64,000 nucleotides of DNA from a phage: NCBI GenBank assembly GCA_018027755.1, contig GCA_018027755.1_4098.1. One strand, 5' to 3'. The notes under the pieces are model-generated. The model was not told the origin of the DNA. It searched no databases and saw nothing but the letters and a program-made list of their open reading frames with translations. The position numbers and the translations under genes were made by a program. Positions 17,405-26,534 of the stretch are shown here, piece after piece. Position 1 is the first letter of the stretch, and the number at the start of each line of letters is the position of its first letter.

Positions 17405-17619
17405 GAAAATTAATAGGTTTCGAATATGTTAAGCTTCTACAAACCTGTGGAATCAGAAGGAGAATGATTCAAAAGGATAAAAAAATTGCCGAAGAACGAA
17501 AGTATATAATGATAACTGAACTTTATGTCTTAACACTCTTAGGCACAAACTATCAACACACTTATGTAGACCTATGGATCGATGCACTACAGAAAGAGGT
17601 TAAAAGTAAATGCAAATGA
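17401..17619 (+). CDS. Fam-A paralog 13
   Basis: LGTNYQHTYV motif; ATGA overlap (track 17362). Confidence 0.6.
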   Translation: MRKLIGFEYVKLLQTCGIRRRMIQKDKKIAEERKYIMITELYVLTLLGTNYQHTYVDLWIDALQKEVKSKCK

Positions 17620-17828
17620 TTAATTTAAGTAAAGATGAATATTATGAACGTCTTGCAAAAACTTATCCAGCACGTAACGCCGTTTATAATAGTAACATTA
17701 TTGAACGCTCAAAGAAGTTGATTGTAGTAAATGAGATTAAGATGCTTTCAGTCTTAGGAACAAACTATCAAGAGAATGCTGTACTGTTGTTAATTGATGC
17801 CCTCCAGAGAGAGATACAAAGTAAATGA
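17610..17828 (+). CDS. Fam-A paralog 14
   Basis: LGTNYQENAV motif; N-terminus MQMINLSKDEY. Confidence 0.65.
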   Translation: MQMINLSKDEYYERLAKTYPARNAVYNSNIIERSKKLIVVNEIKMLSVLGTNYQENAVLLLIDALQREIQSK

Positions 17829-18073
17829 TTCATTTATCTTACCATGATTATCAAAAACGTTTAAATGCATCAAGGGATATAAGGATTCAAATCTTCAATA
17901 ACAAAAAATTGAAACCTGACACCAGAAGAATCAAAATGATAGAAGCAGAGTTATGCAACTTCCTGGGGACGAACTATCAGGCAGGTAAGGTAAAAAACTA
18001 TCTTAGAGAACTAATGATTTGTATCGAAAATAAATGTGAGGTTGATGAACATGCAAATGATCAATTTAAGTAA
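17825..18073 (+). CDS. Fam-A paralog 15
   Basis: LGTNYQAGKV motif; ATGA overlap. Confidence 0.65.
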   Translation: MIHLSYHDYQKRLNASRDIRIQIFNNKKLKPDTRRIKMIEAELCNFLGTNYQAGKVKNYLRELMICIENKCEVDEHANDQFK

Positions 18074-18314
18074 AGATGAATATACCGAGCGTATGACAAA
18101 AATTACGCACAAACGTAATACAATCTATCACAACCCAGAAATCCAACACAGTAAGAAAATGATTATGATGCGTGAGTTAAAGATGGGTGTATTCTTAGGA
18201 ACAAACTATCAAGATACAGAAGTAAATCGCTTAATCGCGGAGTTACTACTGGAAATCAGAGGTAAGCTGTACTTTCATCAAATGACCCAACCACTGAGGT
18301 GTACTGATCGATGA
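18051..18314 (+). CDS. Fam-A paralog 16
   Basis: LGTNYQDTEV motif; N-terminus MQMINLSKDEY; start uncertain (track 18036). Confidence 0.6.
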   Translation: MQMINLSKDEYTERMTKITHKRNTIYHNPEIQHSKKMIMMRELKMGVFLGTNYQDTEVNRLIAELLLEIRGKLYFHQMTQPLRCTDR

Positions 18315-18562
18315 ATGCGATGAATATTGTGAATAACATCAGATTAGCAGAAAGATTTGATAGAATTGGGGAAGCACTGAGAAGATACGATAAAGAATAT
18401 GGTCATTTGAGCTTTTCTATAGAAAAGAGATATGAACTTGAAGCAGAGTTTAAAATGCAGAGTCTCTTAGGCACACAGTATCAAAACCAATATATTCAAA
18501 CTTGGATTGATTGTTTAATCCAGACAATTTACGTAAGAAACATTAAATGCAAAATGAAATGA
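18311..18562 (+). CDS. Fam-A paralog 17
   Basis: LGTQYQNQYI motif; ATGA overlap. Confidence 0.65.
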   Translation: MNAMNIVNNIRLAERFDRIGEALRRYDKEYGHLSFSIEKRYELEAEFKMQSLLGTQYQNQYIQTWIDCLIQTIYVRNIKCKMK

Positions 18563-18807
18563 TATACTTAACCTATAATGAATACGTCGAGAGATTAGTT
18601 CGTGCCAAGAGATATACCAATAAACGTCCAATTGACCTAAACCAAACCCCAGCAGAAAGGAGTGCAGAAGTATTATTCCAATCACTACCATATCTTCTGG
18701 GAACTGATAGACAAGAGGAATATGTTGCACGTATGATTAGATATCTTAAAATCACTATTAAGGAAAAAGTAAATGCAAATGCAAATGAAATACTTAACAG
18801 ACGATGA
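18559..18807 (+). CDS. Fam-A paralog 18
   Basis: LGTDRQEEYV motif; ATGA overlap (track 18547). Confidence 0.6.
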   Translation: MIYLTYNEYVERLVRAKRYTNKRPIDLNQTPAERSAEVLFQSLPYLLGTDRQEEYVARMIRYLKITIKEKVNANANEILNRR

Positions 18808-19030
18808 GTTAAAAGAACGACTAATTAAATCCAGAAAACTTACAAATCAACTTCCAAACGACACAAACAAGTCACATGCCGAAAGGAGTGCAGAAGTTTT
18901 ATACATTCAACTCATGTACTTTCTTGGAACTGACAGACAAGAGTATTACATTGAAAGTATGCTTCGATATCTTAAATTCTCTATAAAGGAAAAGATACAT
19001 GCTCAAGAATTTAAAAATCCTAACAGTTAA
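18785..19030 (+). CDS. Fam-A paralog 19
   Basis: LGTDRQEYYI motif; start uncertain (track 18773). Confidence 0.6.
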   Translation: MKYLTDDELKERLIKSRKLTNQLPNDTNKSHAERSAEVLYIQLMYFLGTDRQEYYIESMLRYLKFSIKEKIHAQEFKNPNS

Positions 19031-19256
19031 TGAATATCATACGATTGTAATGAAAACTAATAGTGAAATTTCTAAAAAATCAAACCCAAAGTACATACTG
19101 GAACACACATTCGAAGAACGCCAATTAGCTCTAGTTGAAGCAAAACTTCTTGCACTCCTAGGAACAAACTATCAGGAAGAATACATCAGAAAACTAATAT
19201 ACCTTTTAACTAAACACATCAGGAAAAGAAAAAAGCATGAAGCACTTGACAGATGA
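18999..19256 (+). CDS. Fam-A paralog 20
   Basis: LGTNYQEEYI motif; overlaps upstream gene. Confidence 0.6.
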   Translation: MLKNLKILTVNEYHTIVMKTNSEISKKSNPKYILEHTFEERQLALVEAKLLALLGTNYQEEYIRKLIYLLTKHIRKRKKHEALDR

Positions 19257-19467
19257 TGAACATGGGCTTATAGTAATGGATGTAATCAACATCGAATACA
19301 AAAAGTTGATACGCTACCGTTGTTATGAAGATAAGCAACTCGTTCTAGCAGAACAGAAGTTGTTTCGACTCTTAAACACAAACTTCCAAGCACAATACGA
19401 AGAATCGTATATGTACCTTTTGGCGAGGAAAGCAAAAAGAGATTATGAAAATTTTAAGCAAAGGTGA
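19237..19467 (+). CDS. Fam-A paralog 21
   Basis: LNTNFQAQYE motif; overlaps upstream gene. Confidence 0.6.
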   Translation: MKHLTDDEHGLIVMDVINIEYKKLIRYRCYEDKQLVLAEQKLFRLLNTNFQAQYEESYMYLLARKAKRDYENFKQR

Positions 19468-19660
19468 TTCAGTAATATTACTTATAGAGAGTTCAAGTAA
19501 ATTCTTAAACATAACACTGTCTGATATAGATGAAGATGACAAAGAAGTACTGAGAGCAGATTTAAGAGTACTGTTACATATCGGAACAAACCTACAAGAA
19601 GAATATGTAGAGTGCTACATCAATGAACTTAAAGAATTAGTACTGAGAAAATGCAAATGA
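19445..19660 (+). CDS. Fam-A paralog 22
   Basis: IGTNLQEEYV motif; overlaps upstream gene. Confidence 0.6.
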   Translation: MKILSKGDSVILLIESSSKFLNITLSDIDEDDKEVLRADLRVLLHIGTNLQEEYVECYINELKELVLRKCK

Positions 19661-19878
19661 AAATCATTACCGATGCAGAATACCTAACAATCATAAATGG
19701 ACTGTTTTTGAAGCTCTTCGTCATTAACACATCAGATATACCAGATATGGATAAAATTATTAAGAGAAATGAAGTCTATGTTCTAGCTACCCTTGGAACG
19801 AACTATCAAGAACACGACATTAAAGATTATATTAATACACTTAAACGAGCGATTGAACTAAAATGCCAAAACCACTAG
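19657..19878 (+). CDS. Fam-A paralog 23
   Basis: LGTNYQEHDI motif; ATGA overlap (track 19651). Confidence 0.6.
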   Translation: MKIITDAEYLTIINGLFLKLFVINTSDIPDMDKIIKRNEVYVLATLGTNYQEHDIKDYINTLKRAIELKCQNH

Positions 19879-20078
19879 GAACAGCAGAATACATTGAACT
19901 AATGGGATTACACTTCTCATCCTTTCAGAAACTTATGCGAGAATCAAAGAATGATTTAGAATATACCATCAGAGGTTCCGATTTAAGAATGCTTCTCACC
20001 CTAGACACAGATTCCCAAGAGCGATTTGTCAATGAGCATATTAGAGCACTTTTAATGGAAATTCAAAGTAAACTATGA
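19863..20078 (+). CDS. Fam-A paralog 24
   Basis: LDTDSQERFV motif; overlaps upstream gene. Confidence 0.6.
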   Translation: MPKPLGTAEYIELMGLHFSSFQKLMRESKNDLEYTIRGSDLRMLLTLDTDSQERFVNEHIRALLMEIQSKL

Positions 20079-20290
20079 AGGTAATATCAAATCAAGAGTA
20101 CTTGGCACTATTCAGGAAGAATAATCACAAATATATGGCACTTGATTCAAGAACTGATATAAGTGAACTTGAAAAAAATCTTTTGCGTTCAGATATGATA
20201 GTACTGACACTCTTAGGAACACAGCATCAAGAGAGAACTGTTAATTCACACATAGAAATACTTAAGAAGCTTATACAGGAAAAGTTATGA
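20075..20290 (+). CDS. Fam-A paralog 25
   Basis: LGTQHQERTV motif; ATGA overlap. Confidence 0.65.
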   Translation: MKVISNQEYLALFRKNNHKYMALDSRTDISELEKNLLRSDMIVLTLLGTQHQERTVNSHIEILKKLIQEKL

Positions 20291-20508
20291 GAATCATAAC
20301 ACAACAAGATATTCTTAAGTTCACAAGGGTTCATGCATCTGAATTTGATGCTATATTATCAAAAAGTTACAACAACCCTTATACACAAGATGTACACTAC
20401 AATGAATTATGGGTGTATATACTTTTAGGTACAGATCATCAAGAGCAAGCAGTACAGAAGTATTTGTTAGCTTTACGTGATGCTACTGCTAATGGAGTAC
20501 GTGTTTAA
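20287..20508 (+). CDS. Fam-A paralog 26
   Basis: LGTDHQEQAV motif; ATGA overlap. Confidence 0.65.
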   Translation: MRIITQQDILKFTRVHASEFDAILSKSYNNPYTQDVHYNELWVYILLGTDHQEQAVQKYLLALRDATANGVRV

Positions 20509-20509
20509 T

Positions 20510-20752
20510 ATGAAAGTACTGACAGAACTAGAAATGTATCATAGATTTAATAAGTACTATCATTTACTTAAGCCTATACAGAGGATTAAATGTCCATTTG
20601 AAGAGAAACAGGTTTTAATCTATGAGCACAAGTTCTTTGTATCATTAGGTACAGATCAACAAGAGTACTATTTGACGTTGTACTTGATTACATTAATAGA
20701 TTTAATTTACTATAAAACCAAACAAGCTAATAAAGAGAAATATGAAAACTAA
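20510..20752 (+). CDS. Fam-A paralog 27
   Basis: LGTDQQEYYL motif; ATG 2 nt after upstream stop (track 20477). Confidence 0.6.
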   Translation: MKVLTELEMYHRFNKYYHLLKPIQRIKCPFEEKQVLIYEHKFFVSLGTDQQEYYLTLYLITLIDLIYYKTKQANKEKYEN

Positions 20753-21086
20753 TATACAACTCAAGGTATATAAATCATTTGAACATACATATATCAAAAG
20801 TAGTCTATGTAGAGATGTAATGGATTACAAGGGTAAGCCATTCACAATTACTTATGATTCTTATGTTGATGATTTATATATATCATTTGTTAATTACGAA
20901 AATAAAATATACAAGCACGTTGATATTAAAGATTTAAGTACTTTATCTGAAGAGGAATACTTTCAGGAATCATTAGTATGGGATTTAGAGTTTCCTATGC
21001 CATTAGTACATAAGATGATAGTACTAATGAAAGAATCTAAACAGGAGCCTAATGGTGATTATGAAGAACACACAGTTGAGTATTAA
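20742..21086 (+). CDS. Fam-B paralog
   Basis: motif EEEYFQESLVWD; overlaps upstream gene. Confidence 0.65.
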   Translation: MKTNIQLKVYKSFEHTYIKSSLCRDVMDYKGKPFTITYDSYVDDLYISFVNYENKIYKHVDIKDLSTLSEEEYFQESLVWDLEFPMPLVHKMIVLMKESKQEPNGDYEEHTVEY

Positions 21087-21456
21087 AAGTACTGATAATA
21101 TTAAGAGTTATACAAGCTCAAGTACTGTGACAATCGAAGTGAATTCTATTAATGCTGGTAATGCAGTAGATAAGTTCTTTATTGCTCAAGGGTACAGGAA
21201 AGATATTCATCAATATTGTTCAGTATATGGGGAGTACAATAGTACTGAAGATATAATTTATTGGTCAACACATCAAGATTATCTAACTAAAATTGGAGTC
21301 CCAGATGTTAGTACTTTATCTGAAGAAGAATACTTTCAGTACAGCTTAATATGTGATGTACCTATACCTTTAGGGTTAATCAAGGGTATACAGGAAGAGG
21401 TTCATAAGCTTAAATCCATGAGTAAAGGTACTTTCATTAGAACAGTGCAATACTAG
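21061..21456 (+). CDS. Fam-B paralog
   Basis: motif EEEYFQYSLICD; start approximate (track 21052). Confidence 0.6.
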   Translation: MKNTQLSIKSTDNIKSYTSSSTVTIEVNSINAGNAVDKFFIAQGYRKDIHQYCSVYGEYNSTEDIIYWSTHQDYLTKIGVPDVSTLSEEEYFQYSLICDVPIPLGLIKGIQEEVHKLKSMSKGTFIRTVQY

Positions 21457-21515
21457 CTTGACAGTACTTTTCATTACTGATATAGTACACTAACGTTAAT
21501 CATAGGGTAAAAATT

Positions 21516-21761
21516 ATGTTAAATTTTTTAAATTTCCTTATCGTTTTGTGTATTGTTCTTGGGATTGCACCATTTGTATTGTATTTCATGGATTCAGATG
21601 AAATGCAGAAGATGAATTGCACAAGGACAGGACAGAGTAGAGAAGAGACGATTCTTATGCCTGTTACGGTTATTGTTAACAACATGCCCATTACAAACAT
21701 GGTCCCTACCCTAACGACAACGTACCAGTACTCTTGTGCTGACGGAGAGAGGTGGAGATGA
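21516..21761 (+). CDS. hypothetical protein with N-terminal TM helix (81 aa)
   Basis: track ORF; TTGACA-17-TATAGT promoter upstream. Confidence 0.5.
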   Translation: MLNFLNFLIVLCIVLGIAPFVLYFMDSDEMQKMNCTRTGQSREETILMPVTVIVNNMPITNMVPTLTTTYQYSCADGERWR

Positions 21762-22078
21762 AATTTAATATAGCAAAAACATCGAGTATATGTATTTTTG
21801 GTTATGCAGAAGAGTTAGGTGATATTGACATTCTTTTGTACAAAAAGGATGGTGTTATGCATTTCAAGTACCAGGATGAAGAGGCAGACAATTATCTTTT
21901 ACCTAATTTAGTACAAATGCAGGAAGAGGAATTATTCCAGTACAGCTTAGTATACGACATTGATATTTGCACGATGCCAGTACTAATTAGTATTCAAAAA
22001 GTGATGCTCGATATGTATGATAAGCTAATACAAGGTACATCAGGGAGAATCATTGAAATCGATATACAAGACAATTAA
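21752..22078 (+). CDS. Fam-B paralog
   Basis: motif EEELFQYSLVYD. Confidence 0.6.
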   Translation: MEMKFNIAKTSSICIFGYAEELGDIDILLYKKDGVMHFKYQDEEADNYLLPNLVQMQEEELFQYSLVYDIDICTMPVLISIQKVMLDMYDKLIQGTSGRIIEIDIQDN

Positions 22079-22271
22079 TCAAGAATGGAAGACCCAAAAG
22101 TACAGGGAATTCAACAGGAATTTTACAAAAGATGCATTGAATTTAAAAACAACAGAGTTTGATATGTTTATTTTTCTTGGAACACGTTCACAAGAACAAT
22201 TTGTTCATTATTATATAAATTCGTTGCGAACGGAGATAGTATGCAAAACACAGGGTATTATAAAAAGGTAA
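22053..22271 (+). CDS. Fam-A-like gene inside Fam-B array
   Basis: FLGTRSQEQFV motif; track start is TTG, start uncertain. Confidence 0.5.
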   Translation: MKSIYKTINQEWKTQKYREFNRNFTKDALNLKTTEFDMFIFLGTRSQEQFVHYYINSLRTEIVCKTQGIIKR

Positions 22272-22507
22272 ACCAATATTTGTACGCTACAAAGTACAGG
22301 GATTTTTGTTTAAAGGGTGGTGATGAAGATTTTTCTTTGCGATTATCAGAATTTAATCTGTTATTTTATCTTGGTACAAAAGAACAAGAAGAAATGGCAC
22401 AGAAATTTATCAAGCACCTTTTACAAAAAATTAATATGCAAATTTTGATGCTTAAGTTACAGAATGAGATAAATGAATATGAATCCAGAAATAGTTCAGG
22501 ATCTTAA
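22241..22507 (+). CDS. Fam-A-like gene inside Fam-B array
   Basis: YLGTKEQEEMA motif; ATG start. Confidence 0.55.
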   Translation: MQNTGYYKKVNQYLYATKYRDFCLKGGDEDFSLRLSEFNLLFYLGTKEQEEMAQKFIKHLLQKINMQILMLKLQNEINEYESRNSSGS

Positions 22508-22865
22508 AAAAGTAATATTTCTTTTGAATACCAGAAGTGAATTGTATACAGAGTTAAAAGAGATTAATGCATTTTATCAGAATTTTGTAATCCAAGAGTT
22601 CAGTGATTTAATTACAGATGCATTATTTGAATTCTCGGAGAAATACAAAGGAACAGAGTTCAGTGTTAAGAATGTTATTCGTCCAAGTACAAGGAAAATT
22701 ATATTATCACATTTTACATTTGACAATAAAGATTTATTCAGTCATAATCCAAGTACAGCTTTATATTTTATTCCTGATTCAGACAAAAATCATCCTATTC
22801 ATTACGGATGGATTTTGTCATATATAGTACAAGGAAAGGAGTATCCTATTAAATGGAAAGATTAG
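22473..22865 (+). CDS. hypothetical protein (130 aa)
   Basis: track ORF; no clear family motif. Confidence 0.5.
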   Translation: MNMNPEIVQDLKKVIFLLNTRSELYTELKEINAFYQNFVIQEFSDLITDALFEFSEKYKGTEFSVKNVIRPSTRKIILSHFTFDNKDLFSHNPSTALYFIPDSDKNHPIHYGWILSYIVQGKEYPIKWKD

Positions 22866-23013
22866 GGCGATTAGATTATTACACAATTAATACAAATTAT
22901 TTGTTGAGTAATATAAAATCCGATTACAAAATATGGATAAAGAACAGAGATAGCATGTGTTATGAATTTTATTTAGATTATGCTATCAAACGATTTTTAA
23001 GAGAAGAACATTA

Positions 23014-23217
23014 ATGCAAAAGATTAATACGATAACATTAAATGCATTACAGGATTCATTATTAGATAGTATTAAGATGTATTACAATATACATTTGAAG
23101 GGTGGTATTGATAATTACGATTATTATTTGAGTTTAATTACATTTGAGCACCTTTCAGTACAGGACAGGATTATACATCCTACAAATCCTAGGTATCCAT
23201 CGATAGGTAAATTATGA
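23014..23217 (+). CDS. hypothetical protein (67 aa)
   Basis: track ORF; ATGA overlap with next gene. Confidence 0.5.
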   Translation: MQKINTITLNALQDSLLDSIKMYYNIHLKGGIDNYDYYLSLITFEHLSVQDRIIHPTNPRYPSIGKL

Positions 23218-23762
23218 ATGAGATAGATTTATTAGCACACAAGATAAGTACAATAATGCTTATCCTCAATAACAACCATCCTATATCGCAGATAGATGGA
23301 ATCCTGAGTCAGAGGACAGGTGGTAGTTTATATTTGTCCATAAACGCAGATATCGCAAGGAAATACATTGATATTGATGTTGAAATCGAATATGATACAA
23401 CGGGGATTGTTGATGTAGGAGCATTAATCAGTTCAAATCCAGTATCAGCATCCCCATTGACCAAAGATGTTAGTACAGGATTCGAAGGATATTTGTGGTA
23501 CAATACCAATGATGATTATTTTATATATCAGCATTCCAATACAAATTATGATGAAGACAAATTTCAGTTCATAGACCCTTATGATGAAGCTGAAGTATTT
23601 CAAAAATCATTAATCACAAAACCGCATGAGATGATGTATCTAATGTTATTCAGTACAATGCATTTGAATCCATTAATTAAAGGTTTAAAATTTTATATTC
23701 AATTAAATTTAGTCCATGTAGTTTATGATTTATTAATGCAAGGATATAGTTATGAAGTATAA
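23214..23762 (+). CDS. Fam-B paralog
   Basis: motif EAEVFQKSLITK; ATGA overlap. Confidence 0.6.
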   Translation: MNEIDLLAHKISTIMLILNNNHPISQIDGILSQRTGGSLYLSINADIARKYIDIDVEIEYDTTGIVDVGALISSNPVSASPLTKDVSTGFEGYLWYNTNDDYFIYQHSNTNYDEDKFQFIDPYDEAEVFQKSLITKPHEMMYLMLFSTMHLNPLIKGLKFYIQLNLVHVVYDLLMQGYSYEV

Positions 23763-24063
23763 AATGATGTATACCCCAGATATGATTTATGTTGAATTAG
23801 AAGATGATGACGATGGGTGGAATTTGATTTATTCAAGAAGTTCAGGTTGGTACATGGCACATTTAAATGATTCGATAGTTACAGATTATTTTGTAGATTT
23901 CAATACATTATCCGATGAAGAATTGTTCCAACAGCAATTAGTGATTGACACGGGTGGTTATGATGTCTTATTATTAAAAAAGATACAAAAAGCTGTTATT
24001 GATTTTAAGCCCATGATATGGCAAAGGAAATATTATGACCTCGAAGTACCATACCAGCAATGA
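23752..24063 (+). CDS. Fam-B paralog
   Basis: motif DEELFQQQLVID. Confidence 0.6.
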   Translation: MKYKMMYTPDMIYVELEDDDDGWNLIYSRSSGWYMAHLNDSIVTDYFVDFNTLSDEELFQQQLVIDTGGYDVLLLKKIQKAVIDFKPMIWQRKYYDLEVPYQQ

Positions 24064-24601
24064 AATTCAGTACACCTACGCTAATGCAATCCTTATGGGA
24101 CAAAAGTTAGCTTGTATTGTTGCAGCCTTATATAATGCCCAGAAAGATTACAAGCGTCATATCCACAAATGTATTGGTATTATTCCATCGAAGTACAATA
24201 CATATATTGCGTGCACGAGTCATTTTGATAAACGATTCAATACACCTGATACCCCAAATGCCAGTAGTGTTATTGGTCTTTTGGATTTCGCACCTGGTGC
24301 TGTTATTGGAAAGAATGATTTAGAGTACACATGGTATAATAAAAATGCCCCGTTAGTAATGGGAAAATATGATACAGAAACGAATAAAACAATAGAGTAC
24401 AATACATATAAATCAGAGGAAGAATTTTTCCAAGGTTCATTGCTTGTACCAGTGCGTTTGTTGTTTTATAATGTCCTTATTAGTACAGTACACAATAGTC
24501 CATTACACAAGAATCACAAAATTAATTTCAATTTTTGTGCTTATGCGATTGATGGTGTGTATGAGTGTTTAATGGAGGTATTGAGTTATGAAGCTGAATA
24601 A
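24035..24601 (+). CDS. Fam-B paralog
   Basis: motif EEEFFQGSLLVP. Confidence 0.6.
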   Translation: MTSKYHTSNEIQYTYANAILMGQKLACIVAALYNAQKDYKRHIHKCIGIIPSKYNTYIACTSHFDKRFNTPDTPNASSVIGLLDFAPGAVIGKNDLEYTWYNKNAPLVMGKYDTETNKTIEYNTYKSEEEFFQGSLLVPVRLLFYNVLISTVHNSPLHKNHKINFNFCAYAIDGVYECLMEVLSYEAE

Positions 24602-24929
24602 TACATTTGATATTAATAAGTTAAGAGAATGGTTTTATAGTATTGAAATTGAAGCCATCCCGTATCATAGATATGAACAATATAATTTAACCAGTATTGA
24701 TATCCGTGAGTTGTACGCGTATTATCAAAGTGCATTAGAGATGCATAAGTTATTTTTGAGTACAGATTTTGTTATAAATTACAATTTTGAGGAATTTAAT
24801 AATTATAATTTAGTACAGAAATATGTAGTAGCAAAGTACATGTACCTTCAAGGAATTACAAGTAATTTGGAATTCAATACAGTCCTGGCTTTAGTTGAGG
24901 TAATTTTATGCAGTACATGTATGATTTAG
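24588..24929 (+). CDS. Fam-B-like paralog (divergent)
   Basis: degenerate motif ELYAYYQSALEM. Confidence 0.5.
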   Translation: MKLNNTFDINKLREWFYSIEIEAIPYHRYEQYNLTSIDIRELYAYYQSALEMHKLFLSTDFVINYNFEEFNNYNLVQKYVVAKYMYLQGITSNLEFNTVLALVEVILCSTCMI

Positions 24930-25414
24930 AGTTTAGTTTAGATGCTGCCTTTAAATTTGTTCACAAGATAGAAACAATATACAGTACATTATGTGCAATA
25001 CAATCAGTATCATCTGAGTTTGATGTTGGTGAAAAATATCAGGTATGGAATAATACATTTCTAAACAAAGAACGTTGCTCTACGGGGTTTAATATTTTAA
25101 CATTTAATCCCAGCAATTGTTACCCAGAGAAGCATGAACGTTATCCGAATGACGACATGTGGTTTGATTACACAAAAGATGGTGATATGTCATCCCTTGT
25201 AGTTCCTGATGATTTTAATGCCGAAGATTTAACGAAAGAGTGGTGGTTTCAACAGAATTTAGTACACGATGATATTGATTTATTTTTTTATGTAGTATTT
25301 AAAATGCTTTACCACAACAATATATTAAAAGATAGTGTGTTTTTTTCATGTCTATATATTGATGATTTGTACAATGAAATCCAAATCAACATGCCCAGAA
25401 CGCCTGTATCGTAA
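24908..25414 (+). CDS. Fam-B paralog
   Basis: motif KEWWFQQNLVHD. Confidence 0.6.
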   Translation: MQYMYDLEFSLDAAFKFVHKIETIYSTLCAIQSVSSEFDVGEKYQVWNNTFLNKERCSTGFNILTFNPSNCYPEKHERYPNDDMWFDYTKDGDMSSLVVPDDFNAEDLTKEWWFQQNLVHDDIDLFFYVVFKMLYHNNILKDSVFFSCLYIDDLYNEIQINMPRTPVS

Positions 25415-25439
25415 GATATGGGCTTTTTTCGTTTTGGTA

Positions 25440-25468
25440 TTGACAAAGAAGTGCAAAGCTGTTATCAT
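25440..25468 (+). promoter_or_regulatory. internal sigma70-like promoter within array
   Basis: TTGACA-17-TATCAT, then AAAGGAG SD and GTG start. Confidence 0.5.
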
Positions 25469-25496
25469 GTGTAATCATTTTAAAGGAGAACATATA

Positions 25497-26009
25497 GTGA
25501 GTTTCATAATCCCTAGTACATACGAAGATGCATCAAGTGCAGTTCATAAGATTCATTATATTTTTAATTTAATTATTAGATCTGCAAAAATTAAAATGTA
25601 TGCACCTCTTGTGACAAATAATCGAAATGAAGAAATTTTTATTAGCACAGACAAAATTATTTTTCCATATTTCAATGAAGATATATTGTGGTTCATACAT
25701 TTAGCTGCATTACAAAAATATAAAATGTCAATTCGTAATAATTTGGATATACCGTTATATCATCCTGATATTGGAGAGGATGAATATTTTCAGTACAGTA
25801 CAGTACACCGCCATGAAGATATCTTTGTTGCTATGCTTATTGCTAAATTGAACACCGTTGATTTGGAGTACCACAAATACAATAATAAATCATGTAAGAT
25901 CATAATCCCTGCATTCATAGCTCTTTATGATTATGTGGTGCATAACAAAAAAGATGATACATATGCTTTCAATGAAGAGTATTTGAATTTTTTTAAGGAG
26001 AACATATGA
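25497..26009 (+). CDS. Fam-B paralog
   Basis: motif EDEYFQYSTVHR; GTG start after AAAGGAG (track 25335). Confidence 0.55.
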   Translation: MSFIIPSTYEDASSAVHKIHYIFNLIIRSAKIKMYAPLVTNNRNEEIFISTDKIIFPYFNEDILWFIHLAALQKYKMSIRNNLDIPLYHPDIGEDEYFQYSTVHRHEDIFVAMLIAKLNTVDLEYHKYNNKSCKIIIPAFIALYDYVVHNKKDDTYAFNEEYLNFFKENI

Positions 26010-26533
26010 GCAGTGAAGTGCAGAAATCAATGACATTCAATGAAATTGGTGCATTTAAAGATAAGATCATTGATTGCATTGAATACATGATTTGTAGTAA
26101 TATCGAAAGTATCGAGATATTTAACAAGACAAATCGCTCTTACCATATGATGTACATTGCAAACAATAATGGTATCATTCCATTTATTTCGGATAGTACA
26201 ATATGGTACGCATGTGATACGAAAAAAACCACAATAGGTTTACATTCATTTGAGACACATTATGATCTAATTATTCCTGAACATTGTATGCAAGAAGAAG
26301 AATATTTTCAAATGCAATGTATACATTCACCATTAGTGTTGTTTAGTTTATATATTATACCTTATATCACCAAATGTGTTCATGAGAATAAAGCTCCGTG
26401 GAATCATGAATTTGTATCGTTGAAGTTATTGTATAATGTATTAGTAGAATATTATGATTACAGGCACAATGGTACAATCAGTGATGTATGGGATTTTGAA
26501 TCGCTAAGGGTGAAAACATACACAGGTGAATGA
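26006..26533 (+). CDS. Fam-B paralog
   Basis: motif EEEYFQMQCIHS; ATGA overlap. Confidence 0.6.
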   Translation: MSSEVQKSMTFNEIGAFKDKIIDCIEYMICSNIESIEIFNKTNRSYHMMYIANNNGIIPFISDSTIWYACDTKKTTIGLHSFETHYDLIIPEHCMQEEEYFQMQCIHSPLVLFSLYIIPYITKCVHENKAPWNHEFVSLKLLYNVLVEYYDYRHNGTISDVWDFESLRVKTYTGE

Positions 26534-26534
26534 T

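Noticed and set aside
14872-20752. Possibility that the ~210-bp periodic array is a CRISPR array or non-coding satellite
   Set aside because: Units are complete ORFs with conserved protein motifs and coupled start/stop codons; the conserved part is at protein level, with no short identical DNA repeats alternating with spacers.
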